Shown here piece by piece: positions 25,391 to 36,435 of a stretch of 64,000 bases of DNA. Origin of the DNA: Callorhinchus milii (lineage: Eukaryota); the NCBI RefSeq assembly GCF_018977255.1, contig NW_024704742.1, positions 7,876,001 through 7,940,000 of the forward strand, in the 5' to 3' direction. A model generated the notes under the pieces. The model searched no databases. It saw only the letters and a program-made list of their open reading frames with translations, and was not told the DNA's origin. A program made the position numbers and the translations under genes. The stretch's first letter is position 1. Every line of letters begins with the position of its first letter.

Positions 25391-27689
25391 GGACTGTAGG
25401 ACGAACACAGTTGTAATAATGCCAGGAACAGTCACAATTATTTGCCTGGATAAAAAAAAATCTATCGCTCAGATATCTGGGGAAAGATGTTCAAGTATTC
25501 CTAAACATGTTGCTGTCTAAATTAGGACAAGGATTGCATTAAGGAATGCTGCAAATTTCGGCCAATTATTCTTAATGACAACACTGGTGGATGAACTCTG
25601 ATTCGAATTTCCTGCTGCATTAGATTTATTTGATTTAATAACGGATATGCTTCCATGTCAGAATATTGTAACGTGCTGTAAGGTCAAGACAGTCGTGTTT
25701 TTAATCTGACCTTTGCTAGAAAGATGTCAGCATGTCGACATAGCAAAAATAATAAATAATAATTCCTGTCTGGAGCAGTTAATATTAAATGAACAGGACA
25801 TGGAGCTGATCCAGTTTGCAAGATGTGTAACATTGTGGAACGTCATTTGGCAATAACGCAGCACATCCCGAGTCTTTTTTTCATCTGAAACACACTTACC
25901 TACCAATGGGACCAACGAGAGAGAATCCTGTTCGTTTAGACACTGAAAAATACCAGTTCGGGTTGCATGGATTTTGCAGTTGCTTCTGTTTCTAATCTTT
26001 CTCAGGAGTTCTTCACTGATGAGCAGATAATTTGGGTGCCAGCAACAAACTACAATAGGACATTATGTCATTTGTTGGAACGAATCGGTCTTTTGTTCAG
26101 TGTAGTAAGTGCATCCTAAAGGATAGGTGTAGTGCAGGTGTTTCTTACATGTCAGAGATGCAAGTGTGTGGGACCTCTTAGCCTGTACCATCACCACATA
26201 GGCTTATTTTGCCTCTCTCCTGGAGGCTGTGCCAGGAAGGTTGAATCTGGAAGGGAAGAGAAATGGGAGGTGTCCAACATGCTCTCTGTCCGTGAATGCT
26301 TCTTTCTCATCCAATCATATAATAATAATAATCCTTGCATTTAATATAGAGATTCATCAAGTCTTCCAGACGTCTCAAAGCGCTTCAGAATATACTGTAA
26401 AGACTGTATATTTTGTGGGCAAAACAAGGTTTTCCAAACCTCTATTCCATTCCATCAAGACTATAACCCACACAGATGGTGAAGGTCCCAGGTTGGGATG
26501 TGAGTATGGAGTGAGCTGATCTCAGCCATGATGGCAGCAGTCAATAGCATTAGTGTCCCCCAGGGTCTAGAGAAGAAACAGTCAGGGTTTGCCACTCCTA
26601 GTGGTGCTCACTGATTCGAACATTCCTGACATTTCTACATGAGTTGACATTGGGTGAGAACAGGTTTGGGCTCAGCTTCAGTGCCCCCTCATCCCTCTCC
26701 CCCATCCGCTCCATCGCCTACCAATGTCCCTTGCCCGGGCAAGGCTGGAAAACAGTCATTCGGATAAGGTACCTAGTAGCTGTGTAACCATATGGCAACA
26801 TGAATCAGTGTCTTTAGGAGGACTTCAGATTGTAGAGCAGCACAAAAATAATTAAAAACGAAGGGGAGAAAATGCTCTCAAATACGAGGTAATCAAATCC
26901 AGTTGTCAAAGGGTTAATTGCCAAATTGAAGGCTGATACGCACCAGCTTCATCGCTGGCCGGAAGCTCCAGGTTAATAAAGATAAAGTCCGTCATCAGCT
27001 GACCTGCGTGACTGCTTTTAACGGGAGGTTAGGAGCCTAGGAAACAATCCAGGCAATGGCTGACAATGTCTCCCAGTTCTCTCTCAATGAATGCGACAGG
27101 CGCACCTGCCCAGGGAGCCTGAAGAAAAGGACAATCTCACCTTATTAAAAAAACATTACGGGGGTATCAAATCAGACTCAGGGAAAACCACTGGAGACAT
27201 CATGTACCGCTTAATTTTGTAGGCGATGGAAGTGCTTTAGCCTGAGGTAACTTTCGAGGAGGCCATGTTTGCGTGCAAATCCCCACTTAAAGCAATACAG
27301 GATGGTAAAGCTGATGCTCACACGAGTGTAAACTTACAACGAAATGCATGAATCGCATGAGACGCTACGTCGCTCAAGCCAGTCATTTTCAGCGGCTGCC
27401 TAATGTTTTATTTAAGGGCAATCCTTGGAGGAGCTCCAAAAATTCATTCAACGCCTTCAAATAAAGTGTCTGTTTTGGTTGCAGAGAAATGGTTCCCAAT
27501 CACGAAAAGATAAAAACATCAAAATAAGCTGATAGGGATCTGCCTTGAGATTCCCTCAGTAAGGCAGCTCACCTCCAAGGGAATAGAGGCAGAGAGCTTG
27601 CGTGCGCTCACACAGCCCGTACACATATTCACTGCACTCAAGCGGACGTGATATGAAGCAGCCACTGGCCCAGGCAAGGGAATACTCAC

Positions 27690-27704
27690 TCAAGCTACCG
27701 CCAG
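27690..27704 (-). other. Candidate 15-nt micro-exon
   Basis: Minus strand: ccctaat branch point, pyrimidine tract, tgcaag|CTGGCGGTAGCTTGA|gtgagt. Confidence 0.3.
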
Positions 27705-28009
27705 CTTGCAGAACCAGAGAGAGAAGAGAACATTAGGGCTGGTCAGGATTTTTTAGCTTCAAGGCTGCTTGATTTGCCAAGGTTGAGTGTGGGAGAGGGC
27801 GTGCTTTCTTATGCACACAATGCCGCAAAGATCATAAAAAGACTGGGAATAATCGTTCCATAAACAAGAGGCCGATGTGAGAAGGCAGGACGTTGCCTCC
27901 TAAAATGATGACGCCCAAGTTTTCTGGTTGTGTCAGATTGAGTTCCGAAGATCTCTAACTTCAAACTCCAGAAATCAATGGGAGGCTATTGGGAAAGTGA
28001 AGGTCTTGG

Positions 28010-28410
28010 TAGCAACAACGACAAGTGACATTTGTACAGCGCCTTTCATGTCAGGAGGACATCCCAAGGCTCTGGGCAGTCAGGGATCCACACCCGAGCT
28101 GGTGGTTGGGATCAGGAGTGGGGGGGGGAGAGTGGAGAGGGTAGGGCTAGGAGGGTGGCTGAAGACACAGTCGAAGGGGAGGGTCTTGAGACGGGTCTTG
28201 AAGGAGGCAAGGGAAGGGGGCGAGGCAGAATCACTGTGGGGCACAGAAGGTGGGGGCAAAGAGGCTGAAGGCCCACCCGCCAATGGTGGGGCGAGCAAGG
28301 CGGGGGACGTGAAGCAGGCCGGAGCCCGCTGAGCGGACAGGTTGGTAGGGGGTTAGGACGTCACAAATGTAGGGGGGAGCAAGGCCGTGGAGGGCTTTGA
28401 AGTTGAGTGC
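28010..28410 (-). mobile_element. Older L2 3' fragment
   Basis: Tail caacaac..catttgtacagcgcctttcatgtcaggaggacatcccaagg; translation SLASFKTRLKTLPFD. Confidence 0.85.
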
Positions 28411-30352
28411 CGGAGGCCACAGGTGGGGGTGGGAGGGGTGAAGTGGGGTAGGTACAGACTTCTAAATTAAGGCTGAATTTAAGAATGTTCTACAATTCTA
28501 CATGATCTTGATTTTTAGACCAAATGCTCTTCCAGGCTCTTAAGTTGGAATTTCAGGCGTTATATTTGTTGCAAAGCATAGAAGTGGGTCAGACGTTCTG
28601 CTCCCTTTATATCGAAGCCAGGTGATCACAGTCACTGTGCTAAACACCACGGTAGTCTGAGGTGAGGCAGATGACCGTAGATGATCAACAGAATGGGTAT
28701 AAATTCATGTTGTATCATCTTTGTGGAATGAGATGGTTTTGCTATCATAATGGGCCACTTGTATTACTTTGAGCATTGATTTTAAAAGACTATGTGAACA
28801 TCATTGATTGACTTATGGTTCTTTAACTTGGTACACGAGTTAAAATTCTGGGTGAAATCTGCGGTGTTTCATAGTGCATTTTTTGTGATAATCCTCGTTA
28901 TGAAACACCTCAAATTTTAACCTTATAATCTGGAATCTCTTGTTCCAAAGTCTGCCTACTTCAGGGTTTAGCATTCATTTCCTCACTCTTAAGGTAAATC
29001 CATTTATCCTCTATTACACTAATGGAAAGAGATATCAGTCTGTCTTTCGCCCATTTGTACTACAGTGAAGCCTTTCTGGATTCTGGAGTGAATTTATGAA
29101 AGTTATATTACTGGGCTCCTTCTGTGGAAGAGTATAATTTAGTATAACGCTGGGATTTAGATGGGGTTAAGTGCATCTTGTGTCAAGGCTTCAGCTGGCC
29201 GTTGACTAACCGATGATAGTCCACTAATCTTTGCATGGCTGGATTCGAAGACTAGTGGTCTACAGGATCTGGACGTCCAAGTACTTTTAACAGATCTCTT
29301 GGGGACAACAACAACTACAACAGCTTGCACTTATGTAGTGCCCTTTCAGGTGAGGTAGAGTCTCGTAGCGCTTAAACTTGAACAACTTGAATCATAGTCT
29401 TTATCTCTGGCACATTATCAACAACAACAACAACAACAACAACAGCAGCAAGAAATGGCATTTGTATAGTGCCTTTCACATCAAGAGGACGTCATCAACC
29501 TTGAGGTTACTAGCATTGCAGAGTTCCTTCCCTCCAGGTCCCTTGGGTGTTCTGCATCAAACTTTATTTGACATGAAATCAATATTTTCAGCGTGAACAA
29601 GCAGTCATTTCCACAGTTAGAGGACTTCCTCCCCCTTCCCCTACCCTTCACAATTGTTGTATCGCCACCAACCATCCTTCCTTCTCAACTTGCCGCATTT
29701 TCAAGTCTTTAATGGTCATCTTTCCCCTCCCCACCCTCTTCGACTCTCTCCCCCTCCTCCCTCCTGCTCAGAAACCCAACCAACAGCGTCAAACACTTTG
29801 AGGCATCCTCCTGACATGGAAGCTGCTATATAAATGTAAATTGCATTGCATTGTACATTGTACAAATGTCGTTTGACATTTGCATAACAATAACTGAAAA
29901 CCAAGTGAGCAAGAAGTAGGCAGGAAGTGAGCAGTCACATTGGTTCTGCCTCTGCCCTGTTATCTGCCTCCTATCTCCAATGTAATTGCTTTGTCTGGAC
30001 AAAACCTACAACATTCCGTCTTCCATCTGCTGACTCCTTCCATTTTGAAAATAGATATATTTGCAATAAAGCAAAAATAATTGGGCTTTAATGAAATTAA
30101 ACCATGGTCTCCCAGTGAGTTAGGCAAAACTCTGATGTATTCAGATTGACAGCTCAATCTCCAATACGTCAAATGGACCAGAACAGGCAAAGGCTGTTGC
30201 CACTGAGTAAATTCGCCCTCGTCTCAATCAGGCCCCAAGGCGTCCAATTGCCACCAGCGCGCTAGGGGTTAAGAGTTGCTATTATCTTCAATGCAAAGCT
30301 CCCGCATTACAGAGTAGTTCTGGGAGACTGTTAAATAAAGGAGGCAGCTTAC

Positions 30353-30950
30353 ATATGCAGTGCAGCACTCAACACGTCTAAATTAGCATAAAGTCCATTA
30401 AGGGCTGCGGAAACGTTGCTGGGACCATCTCGTCAGTAATCGCTTTAACACTGATATACGCTGATCGAGACAATGCCGTCTACAGCTAAAAGGTTGCATG
30501 CCAAGCGCCCGCCTCTTTGTTCTGGAATCCTGTGGCAACTCGTGGCTGGGGCGAGTTCTCCTCTTTGTCGAGAGTGCGGTCAAAGCTCTCTCGCTCTCTC
30601 TCTCACACACACACACACACGTGACAGGACTGTGAGGTGTTAGCCGAGCACTTGCATAGCGTGTGAGCGAGCGAGTCTCTGGGAACGCAGAGAACTCCCT
30701 CAGCAGATGCTATGCAATTTTTATAAATTGCCGCTGTTCTCTTTCGCGACCCGCTTTTCCTCGGCCCCAATCATTTGGAATTACAACGATTGTTTTTTTT
30801 TTTGTCAGCGTCAGGCTGGGTTTTTAAGACCCAAATAAATGCTGCAAATCAACAGCTACTGAAGCAGGAGGGGAAAGGGGCGGGGGGGAGTCGGGGCGGG
30901 GTGGGGGGGGGGAGGTCACGCGTGGCTTTCTCTCTGCTACGTTGGCAACC
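30353..30950 (-). promoter_or_regulatory. Candidate Pol II promoter and non-coding first exon
   Basis: CpG-rich unique sequence; GGGGCGGGG x2 (30877-30901), CCAAT (30767-30771), minus-strand TATAAAA (30719-30725), downstream gtaagc donor (30347-30352). Confidence 0.35.
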
Positions 30951-31032
30951 GAACCGTGTTACTTGTAACAGCAAATAACGGCTCTTGTTGTATTAAGAGT
31001 CATGTCAACCTGCAGGGACTCAGCCGCGACCC

Positions 31033-31417
31033 AGTCCTTGCATCTGACAAAGAACCTTATCACGTCTTCAAGACGTCTCAAAGCGCTTCGCAGGGTATAC
31101 TGTAAAACGAATTGTATAACTGTATATCTTGTGGGCGAAACGCGGCAGCCAATTGCGCATGGCAGCGTCCCCACAAACAGCTGTGGATTGAAGTGACCAA
31201 TTTATTATCTTTTTAAATTTATTTTGGTTTTGAATAGAATATTATCCCCGGAAAAGCGATCCGCCGATCGACCAACAACCGGGTTCCTACTTACTGCGGG
31301 GTAAACAGAGGCGTGCGGAGTAAGGAAACTTGCCCAAGGTTTCGCCCTGCCGGGAAACTAACTCACGTCCTCTCGCTCGCGAGGCGAGTGCTCTAACCAC
31401 TGAGCTACAGGACTCCA
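31033..31417 (-). mobile_element. SINE family B, long form, CpG-rich copy
   Basis: Full head, core and body in reverse complement. Confidence 0.88.
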
Positions 31418-31859
31418 CTTCAGAGCAGCGTTCCCTCGGATCAACTGCGCGCACTTTCAGTTATGCTCAGGAGATGCTATTTGCAACTCCTGTTACAAAT
31501 TGGACCCCCCACTGAAGCCGCAATTCTCTTGGTTATTTTTTTTGCAGGGGGGGTGAGGGGGGGGCGGTGAGGCATTTGGTTTCAGGATTCAGTGACGGAA
31601 ACATGCATTTCTCCCAGGCAACCATTGTTCATTTAATTCGTGATCAGTTGCTCTGTGAGCTACTCTTGCATTACACATACGTTGTTTTTTAATACAAGAC
31701 AAACTGTCCAGGCCAAAATGAGATGTAAAATAATTCCTGCCCCTGTACAGCCCAGATAACTCAATCATTGCTTTGCAATTGTAGCATTGAGGCAACTCAA
31801 ATCTGTGGAAGCCTAAACAAACTGGACTGAACAGAGCTCCCAACTTAATATAGGAATAG

Positions 31860-32360
31860 CAACCGCAACAACTTGTATTTATATAGTGCCCCACATGTAG
31901 GGTAGCGTCCCAGAGCGCTTGACAGTGGCGGAGCAGGACACTGAGACGGAGCGAGGGGGAGGTGACCGTAGGCACGGTCGAAAAGGAAGGAATTCAGGTG
32001 CAACCTGAAGATGGGGAAGGAAGAAGCAAGGGGGAGCGATTGAGGAAGAGTGTTCCAGAGTTTTGCGGTGTAGTGGCTGAAATCGCGGCAACTAGCGTTG
32101 GAACGGAGGGCACGGGGTACATGCAGAAGGTCGGAGGCAGCGGGGAGTGGGTTGAGGAATAAGCAGGTCAGAGAGGTAGGTGAAGAGGAGTATGAGAATC
32201 TTGAAGTCGATCTATTCAGCGTTAGGGAGCCAGTGGAGCCTGGTTAGAACTGGTGTGATGGGGTAGGGAGTTTAGTGCAGGTGAGTATGCGGGCGGTGGG
32301 GTTTGGGACTAACTGGGATAGTGGAGCTGGGAAGACTGGCAAGAAGGGCATTTGCGTAGT
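31860..32360 (-). mobile_element. Old L2 3' fragment
   Basis: caacaacttgtatttatatagtgcccc tail; homology to the L2 C-terminal region (gaatcttgaagtcgatc, agccagtggagcc). Confidence 0.75.
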
Positions 32361-32484
32361 TGTACCAAGGAAGAATTTTAGACGCAGATGATTTGCAGGC
32401 ATTGAGCTGTTGCTGTTTATTTGACTCTGTCACTGTCAAGGAGGTATACGACAGGTGCAGTGTTTTCATGTAGTTCATCACATT

Positions 32485-32776
32485 ATAATAATAATAATCC
32501 TTGCATTTTATATAGCGCTTTTCACGTCAGGAGGACGTCCCAAAGCGCTTCACAGAACACACTGTAAAGTGAATTGACTGTATATTTGTGGGCGAACGCG
32601 GCAGCCAATTGCGCACAGCAATGTCCCACAAACAGTCGTAGATTGAAAATGACCAATTTATTATTGTTTTTGGTTTTGGAGGGATTATTATTAGGCTCTG
32701 TGTGGAGTAAGGAAACTTGCCCAAGGTTTCGCCCTCTGCCTGGAATTGAACTCAGGTCTCTCGCTTGCAAAGCGAG
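32485..32776 (-). mobile_element. SINE family B, young short form
   Basis: Tail stem-loop gggacgtcctcctgacgtgaaa identical to the young L2 3' UTR. Confidence 0.95.
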
Positions 32777-34408
32777 TGCTCTAACCACTGAGCTACAGGA
32801 CTCCATTGTGGTTTGTGTAACATTGCTGGTGCAAATTGATTGCTGTGATAGTCTACACAGCGTTCTATACTAAATACAAGTTTATTACTTATTAATGTGT
32901 ACTAATCCTCATTTTGATTGAGATTAATTTATCTGCCTAGTGATAGAGGCAGACATTTAGGATTTTTTTACTCCCCTCCCCTCCTTTGTAGGACTCTATT
33001 TCAAATATAATTGTTGAGATTATCTCCTTCTTTCAGGCTTATATTGTCTCCTGATTCAAATTCACCCCAAAATATTCTGTTGTATATCATCATTATTCTA
33101 ATCTACTGCAGTCCTAACCTACGGAACTGCCTTCCTCTACTTCTCTGCCTCACCCCCCACCTCGCTCTGTCTTTAAATCCCATCTAAAATCTTACTTCTT
33201 TGACCACATTGATGGTCACCTCCCCCTCCCCATTCTTGCTCAGTGTCTGACTCTGCCATGGTGAAGCACTCCAACAGATATAATTCCAACCAATGCAGCA
33301 CAGACACAATGGGGCAAGTGTCCTTCTTCTAAGCCATAAATTACTTTGCTTCTATGGAGACGTCATCCTGCTTTGCAAGTTGCTGCTGCTGTTAATTTTA
33401 GGGTGTTGCAAAGTGCAAATGAGGCCAGAACATTTGCCTGCATATCAGTGTCCCCTTCACTTCCAGTTAATCTCTTTCCCCAAAGCACTTGAGGAAGCAC
33501 TTTATATGGAAGTGCATGTTGTTGTCACACACCGCTCTTCATGTGGCTGCAGCATTGGGGCCTAATGGGGGAAAAAAACATAAAACCAGAAGACAATCTG
33601 GCTTCCAGGACATGACTGCCAAACTGCAGGCAATTAACAATAAGAGAATTTTCAGCAAACTACACTTTCCCTTTCCGCACTGTCAAATTTCCTTGGGCAT
33701 TTAGGATTAAGCACTTTGTTAATCAACCATATAGGATATTGCAACATACAGGACCCATCCCAGACTCTCTACTCCAAGTACGCTCCAGTGGCTTTTCATG
33801 GATAATCTTTGCCACCCCCAGGCTCTAACTTATTGATTGTAAGTAAATGCCCCTCTCTCTTGTCCCAGTAGCTTGGACATAATTAAACCACAGCTTGTTA
33901 AACCATCACTCATAATTAAACCATCACTCATTTCAAAGAGGTGATCAAACCTTAATGGGAACATTGATACAGATTATCAACTCAGAAGTGTGAAGCACTT
34001 CACAAGATCTGCGCTGTTAGCACCTTTCTATCCTATGTTTATAGAAGTATTTCTTTACAGAAAGAGAGAGGGGCAAATACATAGGAACATAGAAGTAGAC
34101 AACACTGGGGTGGAAACAAATCTGGTCCATCTGGAAGGTCCTGAAGTAAAATAAATAATCCCATGGTCTGCTATTTCTAATATCCCTCAATCAATTTGAT
34201 GGATAGCTGTCTTATTCCCTCTTGAATCTGCTAACACAATCTGTCTTCATCACCTCAATAGCCAGACCATCCCACTTGTTAATCAGTCTCTGTGTAACGT
34301 AATTAGATTTGAACGACAGGCAACCCTATTAAAACACAGTATCGTGCATTCAAAAAATTAGACACTGTTATAACAGGTCTGGGGGAAAATAGCTGTGGTC
34401 TAACCACA

Positions 34409-34767
34409 GAGTCCTGTAGCTCAGTGGTTAGAGCACTCGCCTCGCAAGCGAGAGACCTGGGTTCGATTCCCAGGCAGGGCAAAACGTTGGGCAAGTTTCC
34501 TTACTCCACATGCCTCTGTTTACCCAGCAGTAAGTAGGAACCCAGGTGTCAGTTGATTTGTGGATCGCTATTCCGGGGGTAATAATTCCTTCAAAAATAA
34601 TAATAATGAACTAGTCACTCAATCCACGACTGTTTGTGGGACGCTGCTGTCCGCAATTGGCTGCCACGTTTCGCCCACAAATATACAGTCAATTCACTTT
34701 ACGGTATATTCTGTGAAGAGCTTTAAAACGTGATAAGGCACAATATCAAATGCAAGGATGATTATGA
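34409..34767 (+). mobile_element. SINE family B, long form, with well-preserved tRNA-Ala-like cloverleaf head
   Basis: A box tagctcagtgg, B box ggttcgattcc, anticodon arm ctcgc-ctcgcaa-gcgag, followed by SINE core and tail. Confidence 0.92.
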
Positions 34768-35894
34768 ATACAATCTCCTGTCCTTTGGATAAGTTGTTAA
34801 AATGAGGTTCTGTCATTAGGCACAGGACCACTGGGTTCTGAAGGGTTGTGGGAGCCAATGGCTTGAAGTGCAAGGGTCTGTGTACCTGCTGGTGCTGCTC
34901 CTGTCCTGCTCACAGCGCTCCCCAGCTGTCACCAAGTGCTTTTTCAGGACAGACACCAGAATTTTTTTTCTTTACTCAGAGAGTAATTAACAGGTGGAAG
35001 AGGTTGCCTGGAAGAGTGGTTCAGGCCAAGACATTGTACACAAATTGAACTTTGTCCTCAGAGTTGTCTGCATCATCAAGGCCCCATGATTACATCAATA
35101 CCTGCTTGGTAGCTATTTTTCGCTCTATAACAACTTAAGAAACATAGGAACAAGAATAGTGCGGTTGACCCGTTAAACCTGTTTTGCTTAGATCCACAAA
35201 CATAAAACCCATACCTCACAAGTATCTGTCTCGCTTCCTTTCAAATATCAGTATTGATTCTACGTCTACAGCCTTTTGGGGCTGTGATTTCCACCTGCTC
35301 CGATTCTTTGAGTGAAGAGCTATTTTTATATATACTTGTATGGCTACATTTGGAAGGGTGAAAAGCGAGGCAGGTGCTATGTTAATTCTAACCGCTGATG
35401 ACTAGGGTTAAAGTTAAGTGTTAATTATAATTGGTGATAATTAACATATCGCTGATCAATGTGGTCGTGACAGTCAATTGTTTAAGACTCTTAACCAGAT
35501 ATTCAGCTACATTGCCCACAAAATATACAGTCAGTTCACTTCACAGTATATTCTGTGAGTCGCTTTGAGACGTCTGGAAGATGTGATAAGGCACAATATC
35601 AAACGCAAGGATTATTATTATTAGTTAGCGACCCTACTGGCACGTCCATGTACAGTAAGGCTGAGGACGGGTTTAAGCCTGTCAAACAGCCTTCTCACTC
35701 ACTGTCTGAGAGAACAAGGAGTGCCAGGCCCTGCCTCAGGGAGAAGCAGTAAGAGGGCACAAAGAGCAGCGGAGGGAACAGAATGGGATCCTTTATAAAG
35801 TGTATTAATAGAAATGCCTTTGATATAATTCACTCTCACTGCTTGTTACGCAAAGGCTGGTTTGGGTTTACAGATTTTTGCTTTATATTCCTTA

Positions 35895-36435
35895 TAACAA
35901 TAATAACCCTTGCATTTGATATCGCCCCTCATCACGTCATTGAGACGTCTCAAAGCATTCAACGGACTTGAGGTCCAGATCAGCCACGATCTTATAAAAT
36001 GGCGGAACAGGCTCGAGGGGCTGAATGGCCTCCTCCTGTTTCCATGTTTCTATTAATTGGATATACAGTACTGTAAAGTGGATTGAGTGTATTTCGTGGA
36101 TGAAACGCATCAGGCAAACGCACACAGCAATATCCCACAAACGTCCATGGATTGAATGACCAATTTTATTTGGGGGATTGTTGGCCAGGGTATCAGGAGA
36201 AACTCCCTTCTTTTTTCGAATAGTGTCATGAGATCTTTAATGTCCACCTGAACAGGCAGAGGAGGCTTCGTTTAACGTCTCATCTGAAGGTCGACGCCTG
36301 CAATAATGCAACACCCCCCCAGCACTGCACTGGAGTGTTAGCTTAGGCTATGTGATTCCAAGACCCGACATGGGGCTCAAACCCCCAACCTTCTGACTCA
36401 GAGGCGAGAGAGCTACTACTGAGCCAGGCTGACAC
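35895..36435 (-). mobile_element. Family A SINE, full length, with a CR1 3' tail inserted (about 35956-36060)
   Basis: Tail, Deu core and head all present; insert cagatcagccacgatc...gggctgaatggcctcctcctg. Confidence 0.85.

Noticed and set aside
27107..27119. Second possible tiny minus-strand exon (cttttcttcag|GCTCCCTGGGCAG|gtgcgc)
   Set aside because: 13 nt (frame-shifting), weaker donor and short pyrimidine tract; not distinguishable from chance
33877..33932. Short direct repeats (cataattaaacca.. units)
   Set aside because: Simple 18-bp slippage duplication with no spacers; not CRISPR-like
34409..34481. tRNA-Ala-like cloverleafs (also at 16907, 24068, 31345 and others)
   Set aside because: Each continues into a SINE core and tail, has a non-canonical acceptor/T-stem register and no Pol III terminator; these are SINE heads, not tRNA genes
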